Below, piece after piece: positions 22,559-34,374 of a stretch of 64,000 nt of DNA; within the stretch, counting starts at the first letter, position 1, and every line of letters starts with the position of its first letter. The notes under the pieces were generated by a model. The model had not been told where the DNA came from, ran no database searches, and was given only the letters and a program-made list of their open reading frames with translations. The DNA comes from Pocillopora damicornis (Eukaryota): assembly GCF_003704095.1 (NCBI RefSeq), contig NW_020846126.1:186001-250000 (forward strand), given 5' to 3'. A program made the translations under genes and the position numbers.

Positions 22559-25500
22559 TCATGCAATTATTTCAAGATAGGACAGTTCGTCTTCAGAGCA
22601 CTTATGACTTTCAGCATTTTCCTTACCAGCCAAAATGATGTTTACAGGTTCCTCGTAATCGGTGACCAAAGCTTGATAAGCACGACAATTATCACTCTCG
22701 TTGTTCTGTTCAGTTGAGTCCGTTTTTAATGCACTGTAGTCTTTTGTCACCTCTCTATTTTCTCTGCCTTTATTCAGCGGGTATTTACCTTTGAGTTCAT
22801 CGCTGCTCTTTCGTCTTATTGCTAACCGCCTGGAGATTGAGAGTTCTCCAGGAGTTTTGCACGGGGAAGCGTATTGAACGTTTCTGTTTTCATTGTTTGC
22901 CGATCGCTGTAACAGGTGATAGTTCTGATCTTCGCAATCAGGCGAGTCTTGAAAATGCACTTTTAGCTTGTTGACTTCGCGGAAATTGTTTGCCCCATCA
23001 TCCTGTTTGCGAAGAGATCGTGTCTGTGCGTCATAATAAAATGGCTGTGCAGTTATGTCGCCGTTTTGTTTGCGTGTTTTCATTTTCAAGCGCCAAAGAA
23101 GGAAGCCAATGACGCAAACTAAGACCAGTATCACGCAAACGAGCGGAATTATTGCGATTGTCCAATGGATGAAGCCGGCAGGAGGCTGAACTGAATTAGA
23201 AAAAGAAAACAAAAATAAATGAAAACGTTTAGGGGACGGAGAAAGTTTAGTGGAGAGGATAAATTAGAGCACCTATTCAGCTGTGGGGCAAAAAAATCAT
23301 AATACGGCCAGCAGAACAAACACTAGTTTTCCGTTTGTGTGGGTGTGACTCCCGCTTCGCCGTTGGCGCTTTAATCGAATGAGTACGGTGTAATATTTAA
23401 GATACTGTCTGAACTTTTCTTGTAACTGACATTTGTAGTCAGTGACAAAACTGGTGGTCACTGTGCTCAAGTTGATCGCTACTCGATCGGTTCTAATTCG
23501 CACAAAAAATACTAATTAAAAACATGAATTCACGTTTCTGTGAAACATATCCCTTACCTTTTCTTACCATGGAAATAATATCAGTATTGCTGGCTCGCGT
23601 GTTTTTTTCAGTTCTCAACGTCGGTGGCGTTTGTTTGCTACTTGTGCCAGATGGAACTGCTCTGAATACTTCAGTGATCTTGCAGGTTAAACCACTTCTT
23701 GAACACTCTGTGAAACGAGTTCCACAATTAGTTATATACAAGGGCAAGTGGCAAAGAATTCAACGTGTTTGTCCGGTTTGTGAAATTCCCCTCATGGCAA
23801 CACCCGTCTTCTTTTCTTCCGAGTGTGTCTTTACGTAGCTGCTCGTATTCCTTTACCCAGGCTATATCTGTCTGCATTATATATTTAGCAGTTCTAAATA
23901 ATTTTTCGAACAAAATGGGTTTGATTTGAGTGCTGTCACTTTACTTTTGGTTACTTATTTGCGCCTTGTTATACACAAAGTAGAATAGTTGACATCCACA
24001 TTTAAGTCAAATACACGGTTGTAATCAATCTAAGACAGAGCTCATATGAGGTCATCATGCGTTATAAACAGTCTGGAATGCTAACGAGTTACTGTAGCTA
24101 ATGCCGAAGATTTCAAACTAAACTAATCCCATTTCTATACACATCCCCACCCCTAACAGGATTTCCTTTTGGATATAGGATGGGGCTGGCGTGGGTGTGT
24201 TGGAATGCGACAAAGTAACAAACTTACGAATAAACACTAAAAAAACCAACAAGGAGTCTGTCAGACAAACGAATAAAGGGGGTAAGTTTCTAAAGAAACT
24301 GTTGTGCTGCGTCTGTAAGAGAGCACATCAGGATCATTTAGTATTATCAACTGAGTTGATAACGTAAATTGGCCAGTAAATTGCTTAGGGTTGCTTGGGG
24401 TTAGGGTTAGCTTTAAACCCTAAAGAGTTTAAAGGTGACGTTTCGAGCGTTTCGAGCGTTTCGAGCGTTCACCTTTCATCAGAGAGATCGCCATCGCGCT
24501 GACGAAGGGTTAACGCTCGGAACGTCAGCTTTGAAACTCTTTCACGTTATCAACTCAGTTGATAATACTAAATTACCCTGTCAGACAGACAGACAGACAC
24601 ACACATAATGCAAAACAGGATACCAATGGCCGAACAATATTTAATAAAGCAACGCACACACCAGAGGGTATTTCGCAGATGAAGCCGGCGAAAATGTTTC
24701 CTCTTATGTCATTAAAAAGCCCCCTAGTTCCCGGCGGGTAGTTTTTCGCCATCACCACATACGGCGCACCATCTCGAGGCTGCCAAGGCTGCCAGTGGTT
24801 AATGGTTAGTGGCTTTCCATTCACCCAGGTCCAGGTCCAGTTCCCTATCACTGTGGTGTTCCTTCGCAAACCGATATGCCAGTCATTGTTGAACTTGTTC
24901 GTCAGGTTTTGGATGTAATCTCTTACAACTTGCCATTCATGTGGTGTTTCCATGGAGACAAGGTCTCCTCCGTTAGATTGACACGACTGTCTGGCCGCAG
25001 TCCATGTGAGCCCGTCTTCGTGGAATGTGTAGCATGAGCAGTCCGCGGCATAAACTGTACAAGCAGATCACAAATGACTTATTACAATGATTTCTAGAAG
25101 CTTCGGAAACAAATATTCAGCAGTTATTCCCTCCTTTAACTGCAATGAAAGACGATGGCTCCAGTTATAAAATTGAGACTTGCCGCAGTTCTGTGAACTG
25201 GTATGATGTTCTACGAACTGGTATGAGGGCCGATAAAGCGTTGTCGTCGGGTGAGAAAATCTGCTCTCAAAATCTCTTAATCATTGAACAAATGTAATAC
25301 CATTCATTCTCTGGTAGCGGTTAACGAAAGGACCTTTTAAGCTCATTTAAAAATAGATCTTTGTTTTTACCGTAGAACATAGACGCGGCATTGATTAGTC
25401 CCATCATCTCTTAAATCTAAATATCGTAATTCTGAACCGTCGAAAGGGAAATTAAGGCTTTCTTGATATTTGTGGTTGTTTAGAGCACAAGCGCGGATAT

Positions 25501-25742
25501 AGCAGTGCAGTCCAGTCGAAACTATTCCTCAGCGTTTCACAGTTTTAAAGATCTAGGATTGGAATTTATTTACTTCTGTTCTTTTGACTAAGGATTGTAG
25601 AAACCGGTGCCTAGATTATTATTACTGATACTTAAGTTAGACGTTGACATATGCGAGTGCGTGACTCAAACAGAAAAATCATCTTACCTTTGACCACAAA
25701 TGGAAGAAAAACAACGACTCCAAGAAAAAGCGTTAATTCCAT
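22559..25742 (-). CDS. Type I membrane C-type-lectin-domain receptor with Tyr-motif cytoplasmic tail; exons 25742-25688, 25054-24662, 23867-23558 (+1 frameshift), 23190-22559
   Basis: Signal peptide MELTLFLGVVVFLPFVVKV, CTLD (CYTFH..LTWTAARQSC...GGDLVS...WHIGL...W.NG...W...QP...FND...FICE), a Cys/Thr-rich stalk, TM IAIIPLVCVILVLVCVIGFLLW and a cytoplasmic tail. All introns are phase 1. Confidence 0.82.
24268..24577. mobile_element. Penelope-like-element-derived palindromic repeat with two opposed, decayed hammerhead motifs, in a lectin-gene intron
   Basis: Inverted arms atttagtattatcaactgagttgataacg / cgttatcaactcagttgataatactaaat. CTGAYGA...GCTC-G(A/G)AACGTC motifs occur on both strands. 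It is flanked by a 10-bp direct repeat ctgtcagaca (24258-24267, 24578-24587) and belongs to the same family as 34630-34811. Confidence 0.65.
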
Positions 25743-27120
25743 GGTGGAAGTACTGTGATCTTACTCTTTTTTCGGTTCAAGTTGGCAATTCTTTTTTATG
25801 TATGGAATAGATGTGCTTACGTATTCAGACCGATTCCACATTTCATATCCGGTGTGTTACTGGGCGTTCTCTGAAGCTCAACATTTTTACACGTATACGG
25901 CAATAATCAAAATACTTTACAATGAAAGGATCGAGTATCGCTCAGTCACGCTAAGTTCCAGTTTTTGACAACAGCGTTTCTTAATGTTCTTTCCTAATTT
26001 AGCAATACCTAAGGATCGATTGTTATAATTGGGCATCTCATCACATGGGTATCTTTCAATACCCTTGTCATGCTTGAAAAGAATTTGCTTTCCAGATATC
26101 ATCACAAGACGAATTAAAATGAGGTTAGTTTTCACCAACTTCCCATAGTATTCAAACCACACCGTGGGAACGTCTCTCACGACAATGCTTTTTCTGTTGA
26201 CCAGTTGACAATGAAGAGGTTTTCTGTTTGTGTGTTAAAACAAAAAAATATACAAATAAATTCTACTGATAACCTATTTGTGTCCTTTACAAGATCACAG
26301 GGAGAGAGGAGGCTTGGTGGATAAGCGGATTATGGTGTTTTGATTTAAAACCGTACATACGTACTTCGCAGATTATTCCGGTAGGCGTAGGATAACACTG
26401 CTTTAAGGGAACATGCTCTTGTGATTACTTAAATTGTTTTTATTACATGTTATTATCATTATCAGTGCTGTCTTTTATCACAAATCAAATGCTCTTGAAC
26501 TAAAAGTAGATTCTTATATCCAAATAAAGTTTTTTACTAGTAAACGCATCTACGTATTATTCCATTGTTTTTTATTTGGCATTGTATGGTGTATGGTCGC
26601 AATGTATTTACAAACAGATTGAAGCAAATAAGGATACGATTACTCTCGTCACAAGCGCAGAACAAAAGAGAAATATCTGTGTTCCCTGCGAAAAATCAAA
26701 CCTCAGACCTTCTCGATAAGGCTGAGATGTCTTGCGTGCTCGAGGAATTCCTGCTCTTATTTCTTTTTCTCGATTTTTTTGCACCATTATCTTGTTTTAA
26801 TTAATTATGCTTTAATGTAACACTATTAATATCTCCACGCCCTGATAAGTAGATATGTGATCACTGATCTTCCTAAAAAGAGATCCGTATTATGGAGATA
26901 ATGCGCAAACAGCGCTTAAGTGTCGCGATCTTGTAACTAAAAAATCAACATCTATATCTACAAAGATAAAAAGCTTTACACCGAGTATAAAATACTGGAA
27001 GGTTCTAATAAGCCATCTGAAAGCAAATGTCACAGTGCCTAGCTCAATGGTGTGGCAAGTACGCTACAGGCGCCCATAGACGTATCACTTCAGAGGGTTT
27101 ATTACTGAAAAAATATTACT

Positions 27121-29085
27121 TTAAGTCTTGATCGACTTCGTCCATTGTCTGGCTTTAATCTCTCCGCGGAGCTTGGTCTTCCTCGGATCGTCTCTAAAAG
27201 ATATCTTTGAGGAGTCAAATTCTAGCAAGAGTAAAACAAGGCTTGTTACACTTTGAACCAGAATGTTTCCTAAGGGAAAGTGATTTTAAAGATGAGATGA
27301 GTTTCCAAACACAAACCTGTTCATTGTTCCCACCATTTGAGAGCAGCTTTGCGTTCCGCAGATTTAACCCCAGTTACTAGAAAAACACACATAAAAGTAA
27401 TTTTTAGTCTCGGGGTCTAATACGTTTGGCTAATTGCGTACTTACGAGCAGTCTAGCTTTTAATAATATGAAACACAGTCCAGATTTTTTTGCGCACCAT
27501 ACAGAAATCGCAGCAGAAAAAAAAAGGTCGTTCCGTATGGGGCAAAAAATGTACCCTTGGTCTTGAGCATAACAAAGATCAAGGCTATCTCCTAACTTCG
27601 GGATAATTTTATCCATAAACCCACTGTAGAGATGAAAGCAGGGTTAGTTAGTGTTCCGGCAGACCTGTCGTCGTGCACACAAGAGGACAGTCAATAAGTA
27701 CATACTACGATTTTACAGCAATGTTTGACTGACCAGCGTAGACAGAATTTCTCCATCGTCCACCACAGGACTCAAACGAATTTTCAACGTACTCAACAGG
27801 ATCGTCGGGTTTTCTGCACTTAATGTTACATTCCTTATCATCAGCTCGGCCATACTTGTCAAAAGTATTCCCACAGAAACAAAGATCACCGTTTTGCAGA
27901 CCAGCGTAAGGAAAACCTCTGTCAGCGCATTGGTCAACACAGTCTTGTTTTGAGGAAAAATGCTGAATTTCATATCCAAGTGCTCGAGGCTGCACCAGGC
28001 GGAAGTTGTCATCCAGCGCCTTATCGTCCTTATAACAGCCAATCATATCTGCAAAGATGACATATTAAACTTTTGACGTATAATGGAATACCTTAACCGT
28101 TCATACCGTGTGTGATGAGAGATTTTTCCTATTTATATGTTGAACTGACCTAAAGGTACGCTTTATTTAACGGACAGATACGACGAAACTTCATGGTTTA
28201 GTCAGTGCGCAAGTGCAGAACAGCGAAACTTGCCTCGGTTTGAAACAGAGACAAATAACAATGTCGGAATTTTTAACCGCAGTTGTAAAGCTCTGTCAGC
28301 GTAAAAGACTCACAGGCATGTACAGTTTTACTAAGATGTAGGGGAAAAAGGCAAAGGCAAAATATTCCGTTTTTATCAAAAGCACGACTTATCTGGAAGT
28401 TAAATCTAAGTGAGGTCAAAAACTAAAACTATATAATCTTTACACAAACTGACAAACGAGATTTGAATGTTTTTTGTAAAGAAGTGAGGCACACTGAAAC
28501 TAAATAGGTTACCTGGGTTTGTGTCCACAACTTCTATGTAGGAATACGACAAACCTGGTGATTTCAAAAAGGAAACGTATGTGGCACCTGTTATGGTGAT
28601 AACACTTTTGACTCAATAAGTGGATCTGATCGAGTGTTCTCTTCTGAAATTACACGGTCCTGTTCGCTTCAATGCATCAGAAGATCAACACATATATAAC
28701 TCAAACATCAGCACTTTCTCAGGATTCTACCTTTTTGAGGTGTTTGTCTGCCAAAAAAATTCGCCTTTATTTCGTAACTTCATGTTTGTATTTTTCAACT
28801 AGGTATACAAATCAGGTACCACTTGTTAAAACCTTCTTCTCCAACCTGGTCGCTAAAATGGGCTGTCTGATTTAATTTTGGTAAAAAGCACCGTTTTTAG
28901 GATTCGTTAACTCCTCCTTACATCCAGCACAGTTTTTTAAGTTTTTGAATGGATTAGAGAATTTCGACTAGTTAATTAGGGTTCTGAGACTACTTACCAA
29001 TTAAAGAGAAGATCCCAAGGACGAAGGCTGAAAAGTATAAAAAGCGTGAAAATTCTGGAATACGTGGAAATAAAAGCATTAACAT
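27121..29085 (-). CDS. Small secreted WSC-domain protein (~181 aa); exons 29085-28998, 28554-28513, 28048-27734, 27221-27121
   Basis: Hydrophobic N-terminus and WSC pattern IGCYKD...CVDQCADRGFPYAGLQNGDLCFCGN...YG....ECNIKC...ESCGGRWRNSVY. The four exons total 546 nt and are all joined by phase-1 introns. Confidence 0.85.
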
Positions 29086-30641
29086 CTCCAAAGACACATA
29101 CCTGAAACTCTTCGCAAAAACATTTTGAAGACTTAGGCTTTTCCCACGAGAAATCAAACTTTCCCGTTGGGAAGATTTCCTATCTGTGTCGACTCTATAC
29201 ACTATTAATGATCACAGGTGAATGACGCGATCTCCACCAATTAGCGCTACGCTAGATTCAATCGTGTTTAACTTAAACAGTTTCCTTATGAGCTAAGTTC
29301 ATAATATAGAGAGTAAGGAAACGTGTGCAACAAACGAATTGTGACCACGTGCAAAGGATTTTATGGGGTAGCTCACACTGGACAGTTATTGTCTGGAGTT
29401 ACGAGCCGTGAAAACTGCAGTAAAACTTTTGAAGTGTCCTCTTAAAAAAATAAAAAATAACCTTCAGGGGTCACTGGTTCTAATGATGTGTGGGATTTTT
29501 TTGAATCGAACACAATTGATAGAGTGAAAACGTTAAAATGAAAATAAGACATCGTGTAAAAATGTGGTCTTAGTTCGGTCAACCTCGCGGGCTTGTCTTC
29601 AGGTTACTCACATGAAGAACTATTTATCTTATGGTCATTATTCAACTTTAGATTTTCGCCGGTGGAGAACAGTTGACGGATGTTTTAAAACGAGTAACGG
29701 GTATGTATATGTACCTGCATGTGTTGACACTGAAACATGAAACAATATTTGTTATGACAGTTTTCGTGTTGAACATTTAAGCAAAATTTGTCAATAAAAA
29801 CTGGTGTTGTTTTATGTAAAAAGCTTTCCGCTAGAAAACGAGATTCGTGACGGTTTTTTGAAGTTGAATACTTGGCTTGTATAGGTGACATGAAGTGGGT
29901 ACCAACTTTTTAAACCTGCTACTTTTCTTGTGATTCGGCTCCATAATGACGAAACTTTTTTCCGGGCCAAAAGAGTGGAAACCACATTGCCAGGATCTGT
30001 TAGTCACCATGCGCGCTTTGCTTTCAATTTTGAGGGCGTTAGTACACTTTGAGCATAACAACTTACAATGGGTCCATGTATCGTAGTCATGGGAGTTGAA
30101 AAGAGAGTATGAACTGTTCATATTTTCTTGGAGTTGATTAACAGATTCAGGTGCCCTGCTGTTATCATTGTATGATGGTGTTTTAAATAAATTTAGGAGC
30201 TTTTGGATATTGAAATCATTGTGCATTTGAAGGCTCCTCTCTCTGATTCTTCCCATTTTCCCTAAGAATGACAAACATTTTAGTAGCTCCCCATGATAAT
30301 TCGATTGTGTTTCCAGATAGCCCAAAGTTTAATTTGTTAATTTCCAAAACCCGTCGCGTAATCGACCCAACAATATACTCAGACCAGCATAATTCGCTTA
30401 TCACTTCGCTTAGAACTTTCTTCTGTTTTTTTGCAACTGTTGAGCTGTAATGAGAGAACATTTTAATTTCAGATTACTCTACATGATAGGGAAAGTCTTT
30501 ATTACATTCATTGTCACTTTTTATCTTAAAAAAAATATCAAAAGAAAGTTTTATGAACAAAACACAAAGCTAATACCCCTACATAACTAAATGACAGAGT
30601 AAATTTCTCGAAGATGGGTTCATAGGTGGAAAAAGGTGTAG

Positions 30642-31097
30642 TTATTCTTGTACGGCTCCGTTCTGGTAAGACTTATCCGTGGCCGGATAATTAAATGGGG
30701 GATAATACCCATGTTGCATTTGATAATCACTTAACAAGAACCAAGCCACTTCATTTGGCTTGGCACATGTTAACCAACGAACAAAAATTGATTTCCATTT
30801 GTTCCTTGCCGGGCCGCTCAAATATCGACCAATTGGGAGGCCATCGTTCCCACTGAAATGAGCATTTAAACAGTCCCGGATGTTCGCCAGGCAGGGGTTT
30901 CCCCCAATGTAAATGACTCTGGAGTCTTGGGTGATCTCGTAGACACCAGGCAAGCGAGTAGACTCGTATTTGTCGTTAATGTCAAAACTTCGTAAAGCCG
31001 AGGTAAGAGGACGAGCGTTCAAGCGTTCACGGTAGTATTTCATGTTGTTCAAGTCCTCTTCTGTGGCCTGGTAGTCGTATGCATCAACATAAGCCAT
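30642..31097 (-). CDS. Stand-alone GIY-YIG-fold protein A (151 aa, intronless CDS, probable 5'UTR intron ~31117-31432)
   Basis: PGVYEI-x6-IYIG, NIRDCLNAHF helix and C-terminal LL..Y...HG..PPFN match the GIY-YIG layout. It is a paralogue of 33449-34374. Confidence 0.85.
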   Translation of the reverse strand: MAYVDAYDYQATEEDLNNMKYYRERLNARPLTSALRSFDINDKYESTRLPGVYEITQDSRVIYIGGNPCLANIRDCLNAHFSGNDGLPIGRYLSGPARNKWKSIFVRWLTCAKPNEVAWFLLSDYQMQHGYYPPFNYPATDKSYQNGAVQE

Positions 31098-33448
31098 TTT
31101 CTGACGGAAATGCCCTTAAAAATATTTAAAGAAACAGTGAAATTCATTCCATGACAAAAGTACGAGGAAGACAGTACGTAAAGGATAATAATGGTGACCA
31201 AGACTGTGAGAGTAAACGTCAGAAGTTAGTAAAAAAAGGAAGGAATAGAGCTTGTTGCTAATGAAATAAGGAAAAAATGTTTGTAGTCAATTAGAGAAAA
31301 GGACCTCAAACAGTCTTCACAGGATTCGCTCTACCATAAACTTAAGCAGGCTTTATTAATAAAGTCATTCTTATGAAATACACCCTCCAGTAAAAGACTT
31401 AAAAAGTTCACAGACGTTAAGAGTTTCTTTACCTTCCACCTACAAATCAGCCTCAGGCTAAGGATTTTCTCACAAAGCCACGACATTAAAACCTCATTAC
31501 ATAATGTAATGCATCGAGCAGAGCAACTTGTTCTATTTTATTTTCATAAACCTGTAAAATTGCATATAAATTGTTGCGAAAACTGGAAAATGCAAAAACT
31601 TACTTTTACATTAGTCTCCTTTGATAACACTCAGGTTTATTCTCGTAAATCTTCAACTCCTCGTTCTTCCTTCTGTCAATTTTTCCGTTGAGACGGTTAA
31701 CGGTTGCAATTGGTTTTGGTGCGTGATTTAAAACCCCATAGATGTGCGCGCGCAATTTTCTTGCAATACATCGACTGATCTCAAGTGTGCAAGATTGGAA
31801 ACAATCGAAAACAAAGGCGCATTGGAAAGGAACGTCTTAAATGAGTTGAAATTTTTAACTCGTTCGCAAATGGTCTCCATAAGGGTACCTTTGTATCTGT
31901 CTACAACAAAGGAAATGCAGGACTCACTTCCATATTAGTTTAGTAACTCTGATTGTTAATCTTGAAGTAGAGAGTATTCATTAAAAGCGTTTTTCAAACA
32001 TTCCCCACCAAACTATTGTTTTGTCCAGCGCTCTCTTAGTTTTCTTTAATCAATCTTTGCTTCCTCCTCCTTTCTCTCATAAACTTCAATAGTCTTCTCT
32101 TTCCAAAGAGCACTGTTTGCCAGAATATTTTCACGCAAATCAAAGCAATACCCGTGAACAATATCAACAAAAGCCATTCCCCATTAATACTCAATAATAT
32201 AACAATTCGAAAATATGCCACAAGCAACAAAAAGTCAAACAAAACTCAAACCCGTCTGTTAAAGGTTTGCGTGATTGAAATTTCATTAGCGTGATAATTT
32301 TTGGAAGTTTGCAAAACATACAACAATTTTAGTGTTTCGCCCAGGTCATGAAGATTTTTATCCATTTCCGTTTCAAATTACAGAAAAGTTAAAACTTTGT
32401 GTATTCGTCTGCAAATCTCTTTTATGAAGAAAGTTTTCTTAAGCTCTTGCCTTACCATAAAATCTAAGGTCGATTTTTCCAATGACGGAGAATCACGGTT
32501 CTTTAAGATACTATTACATGATTTTTCTCCCATTGCGTTATTTTCACCGCCGACCGTTGTTCATCAAGTCTACCACAATTATCTTCCTGTGCTGCGGTTA
32601 CTCAAGAGACGTGTTTTACTTCTGGGATTTAGATAAGTGTGTCGGTGTACGCTGTGTCATAGCCTCCCCAAGTTCAGTGTTGTGAAAGAAATCTTACTGG
32701 CACTGCGAGTTGGGTTCCTCTGTGGTTGAGTCGTGCAAAAAACTAGATTTAGAGGTTTTCACCTCAAGGAATCAATAATACCGGAATTCTTTAACCGCTG
32801 ATATTAGGAAAAACGATTGCAGTTTCTATGTCGTGGTAAAGGTTATGATTATTACGTAATATTATAATCGAATTTCGGTACGGCGCGTGCGCTTCATCGC
32901 TGTACTCGATCAGTTTTATCCGGTAGCATTTTGAAGTCAACATAATTGATTTACATGGATGATTTGATTTAAAGCTATCGTTTCTTTAAATGAAAATTTT
33001 GGCTCAAACAGAAATTTCGCCTAACTATTGTCGGAAAGGAGAAATTTTAAAATTATGATGCGTACCCATTATGTCACCGGTTAATTGAACGTAACTTTGT
33101 TGCTAGGCCACTGAGATATATTCATTCGCCGCCAGCCTGCGTGAAAAGCTCTTAACTATTTCTAAGAATTTTGAAGAACAAAAGCTGTGTTGAGGTATGT
33201 ACGATTCAGCTGTAACGACAAACTCTCACCACAACAAGACTTTTGTGCTTGTTTTAAGTTTTAAAGGCATCATTGCAGTTGTAGCGTTTGTAGGATGTAG
33301 TAACAGCATTAAGATAGAGATTCAGAATTTTTGATATGTTCATCAATGTTTGAAAAAACTCAGAAAGAAAATCGATGTTTACATCCGCGGAAATATTACA
33401 TTCTAAAATGATTTTCTGTTTTTTTCTTAATGGCTGAAGTAAATCGAA

Positions 33449-34374
33449 ATGAAGAGATCCGGGCTAGAGACAACGGTCAAGGAAACAGAAGTGGATCAAG
33501 ATCACTTTAAGGTGATTCGTTTCTACAGAGAAAAAATGAACCAACAGCCTTTACACAGTGCACTCAGAAGCTTTAATATACAAGATGGTGTACGTATGTC
33601 TGGAGTTTACGAGATTCATAGAAATAACGAGGTAAGCGTTAGGATCTTTGTAGATTATGGGCTTTTCGGCAACGACTACCTGCATGGAGAGATTTCGAGA
33701 GATTGCACGCGAGTTTTACAAAAAAAGCAAACTGTTAAGTTCAGATTAGTTTGTATTTCAATAATAATACCTTACTGAGAAAAAGCCAGCTTCGGAGTAA
33801 GGCAGAAAAGGAAAATGTCTGAGATCCCTCCATCTCGATGTTATATGTTATATTGTTTCCTATGATCGACTTGGCATCGGAGTTTTCAAAGCCGTCATGT
33901 CTACCCGGCTTTGGTTCGTCTCCTTTGCAGCTGTTGTGTGGTGTCGTCAAGCAAAATGCTCTTGTTTGGTCCCGTCACGTTGCGAGGGCATGTGTTGCGT
34001 GACGTTACCAAATAGCAGTTGCAAAGAAGACACAGCTTTAGCTAGCCCCGTAGAAAGTTGTCATAACGCAGTTGTCTTATGATATCATAACGCAATTTTC
34101 ACAGATCATCTACATCGGAGGGAACCCTTATTTTAGCAACATCCGGGACTGTCTAAATGCTCATTTTAGCGGAAATGATGGACTTCCTATCGGTCGATAT
34201 CTTAGCGGCCCTGGAAAGCGACGCTGGAGGAACATTGCTGTGCGATGGTTGACTTGTCTGAACCCCCCTGAAATAGTGTACTTCTTGTTAGAGGATTATC
34301 AACTGAGGAATGGCGCGTTACCGATTTATAACAACGCTCCTAATGTTCAGTCAAGAGATTGGGATTGTGACTGA
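33449..34374 (+). CDS. Stand-alone GIY-YIG-fold protein B (150 aa); exons 33449-33631, 34105-34374
   Basis: A phase-0 GT-AG intron joins SGVYEIHRNNE to IIYIGGNP. A 25-aa block is identical to paralogue A. A probable non-coding exon ends at the donor at ~33194. Confidence 0.85.

Noticed and set aside
29685-30461. ORFs of 164, 81 and 68 aa downstream of GIY-YIG A
   Set aside because: They have no recognisable motifs or supporting splice structure and overlap in different frames. This is likely 3'UTR or intergenic sequence.
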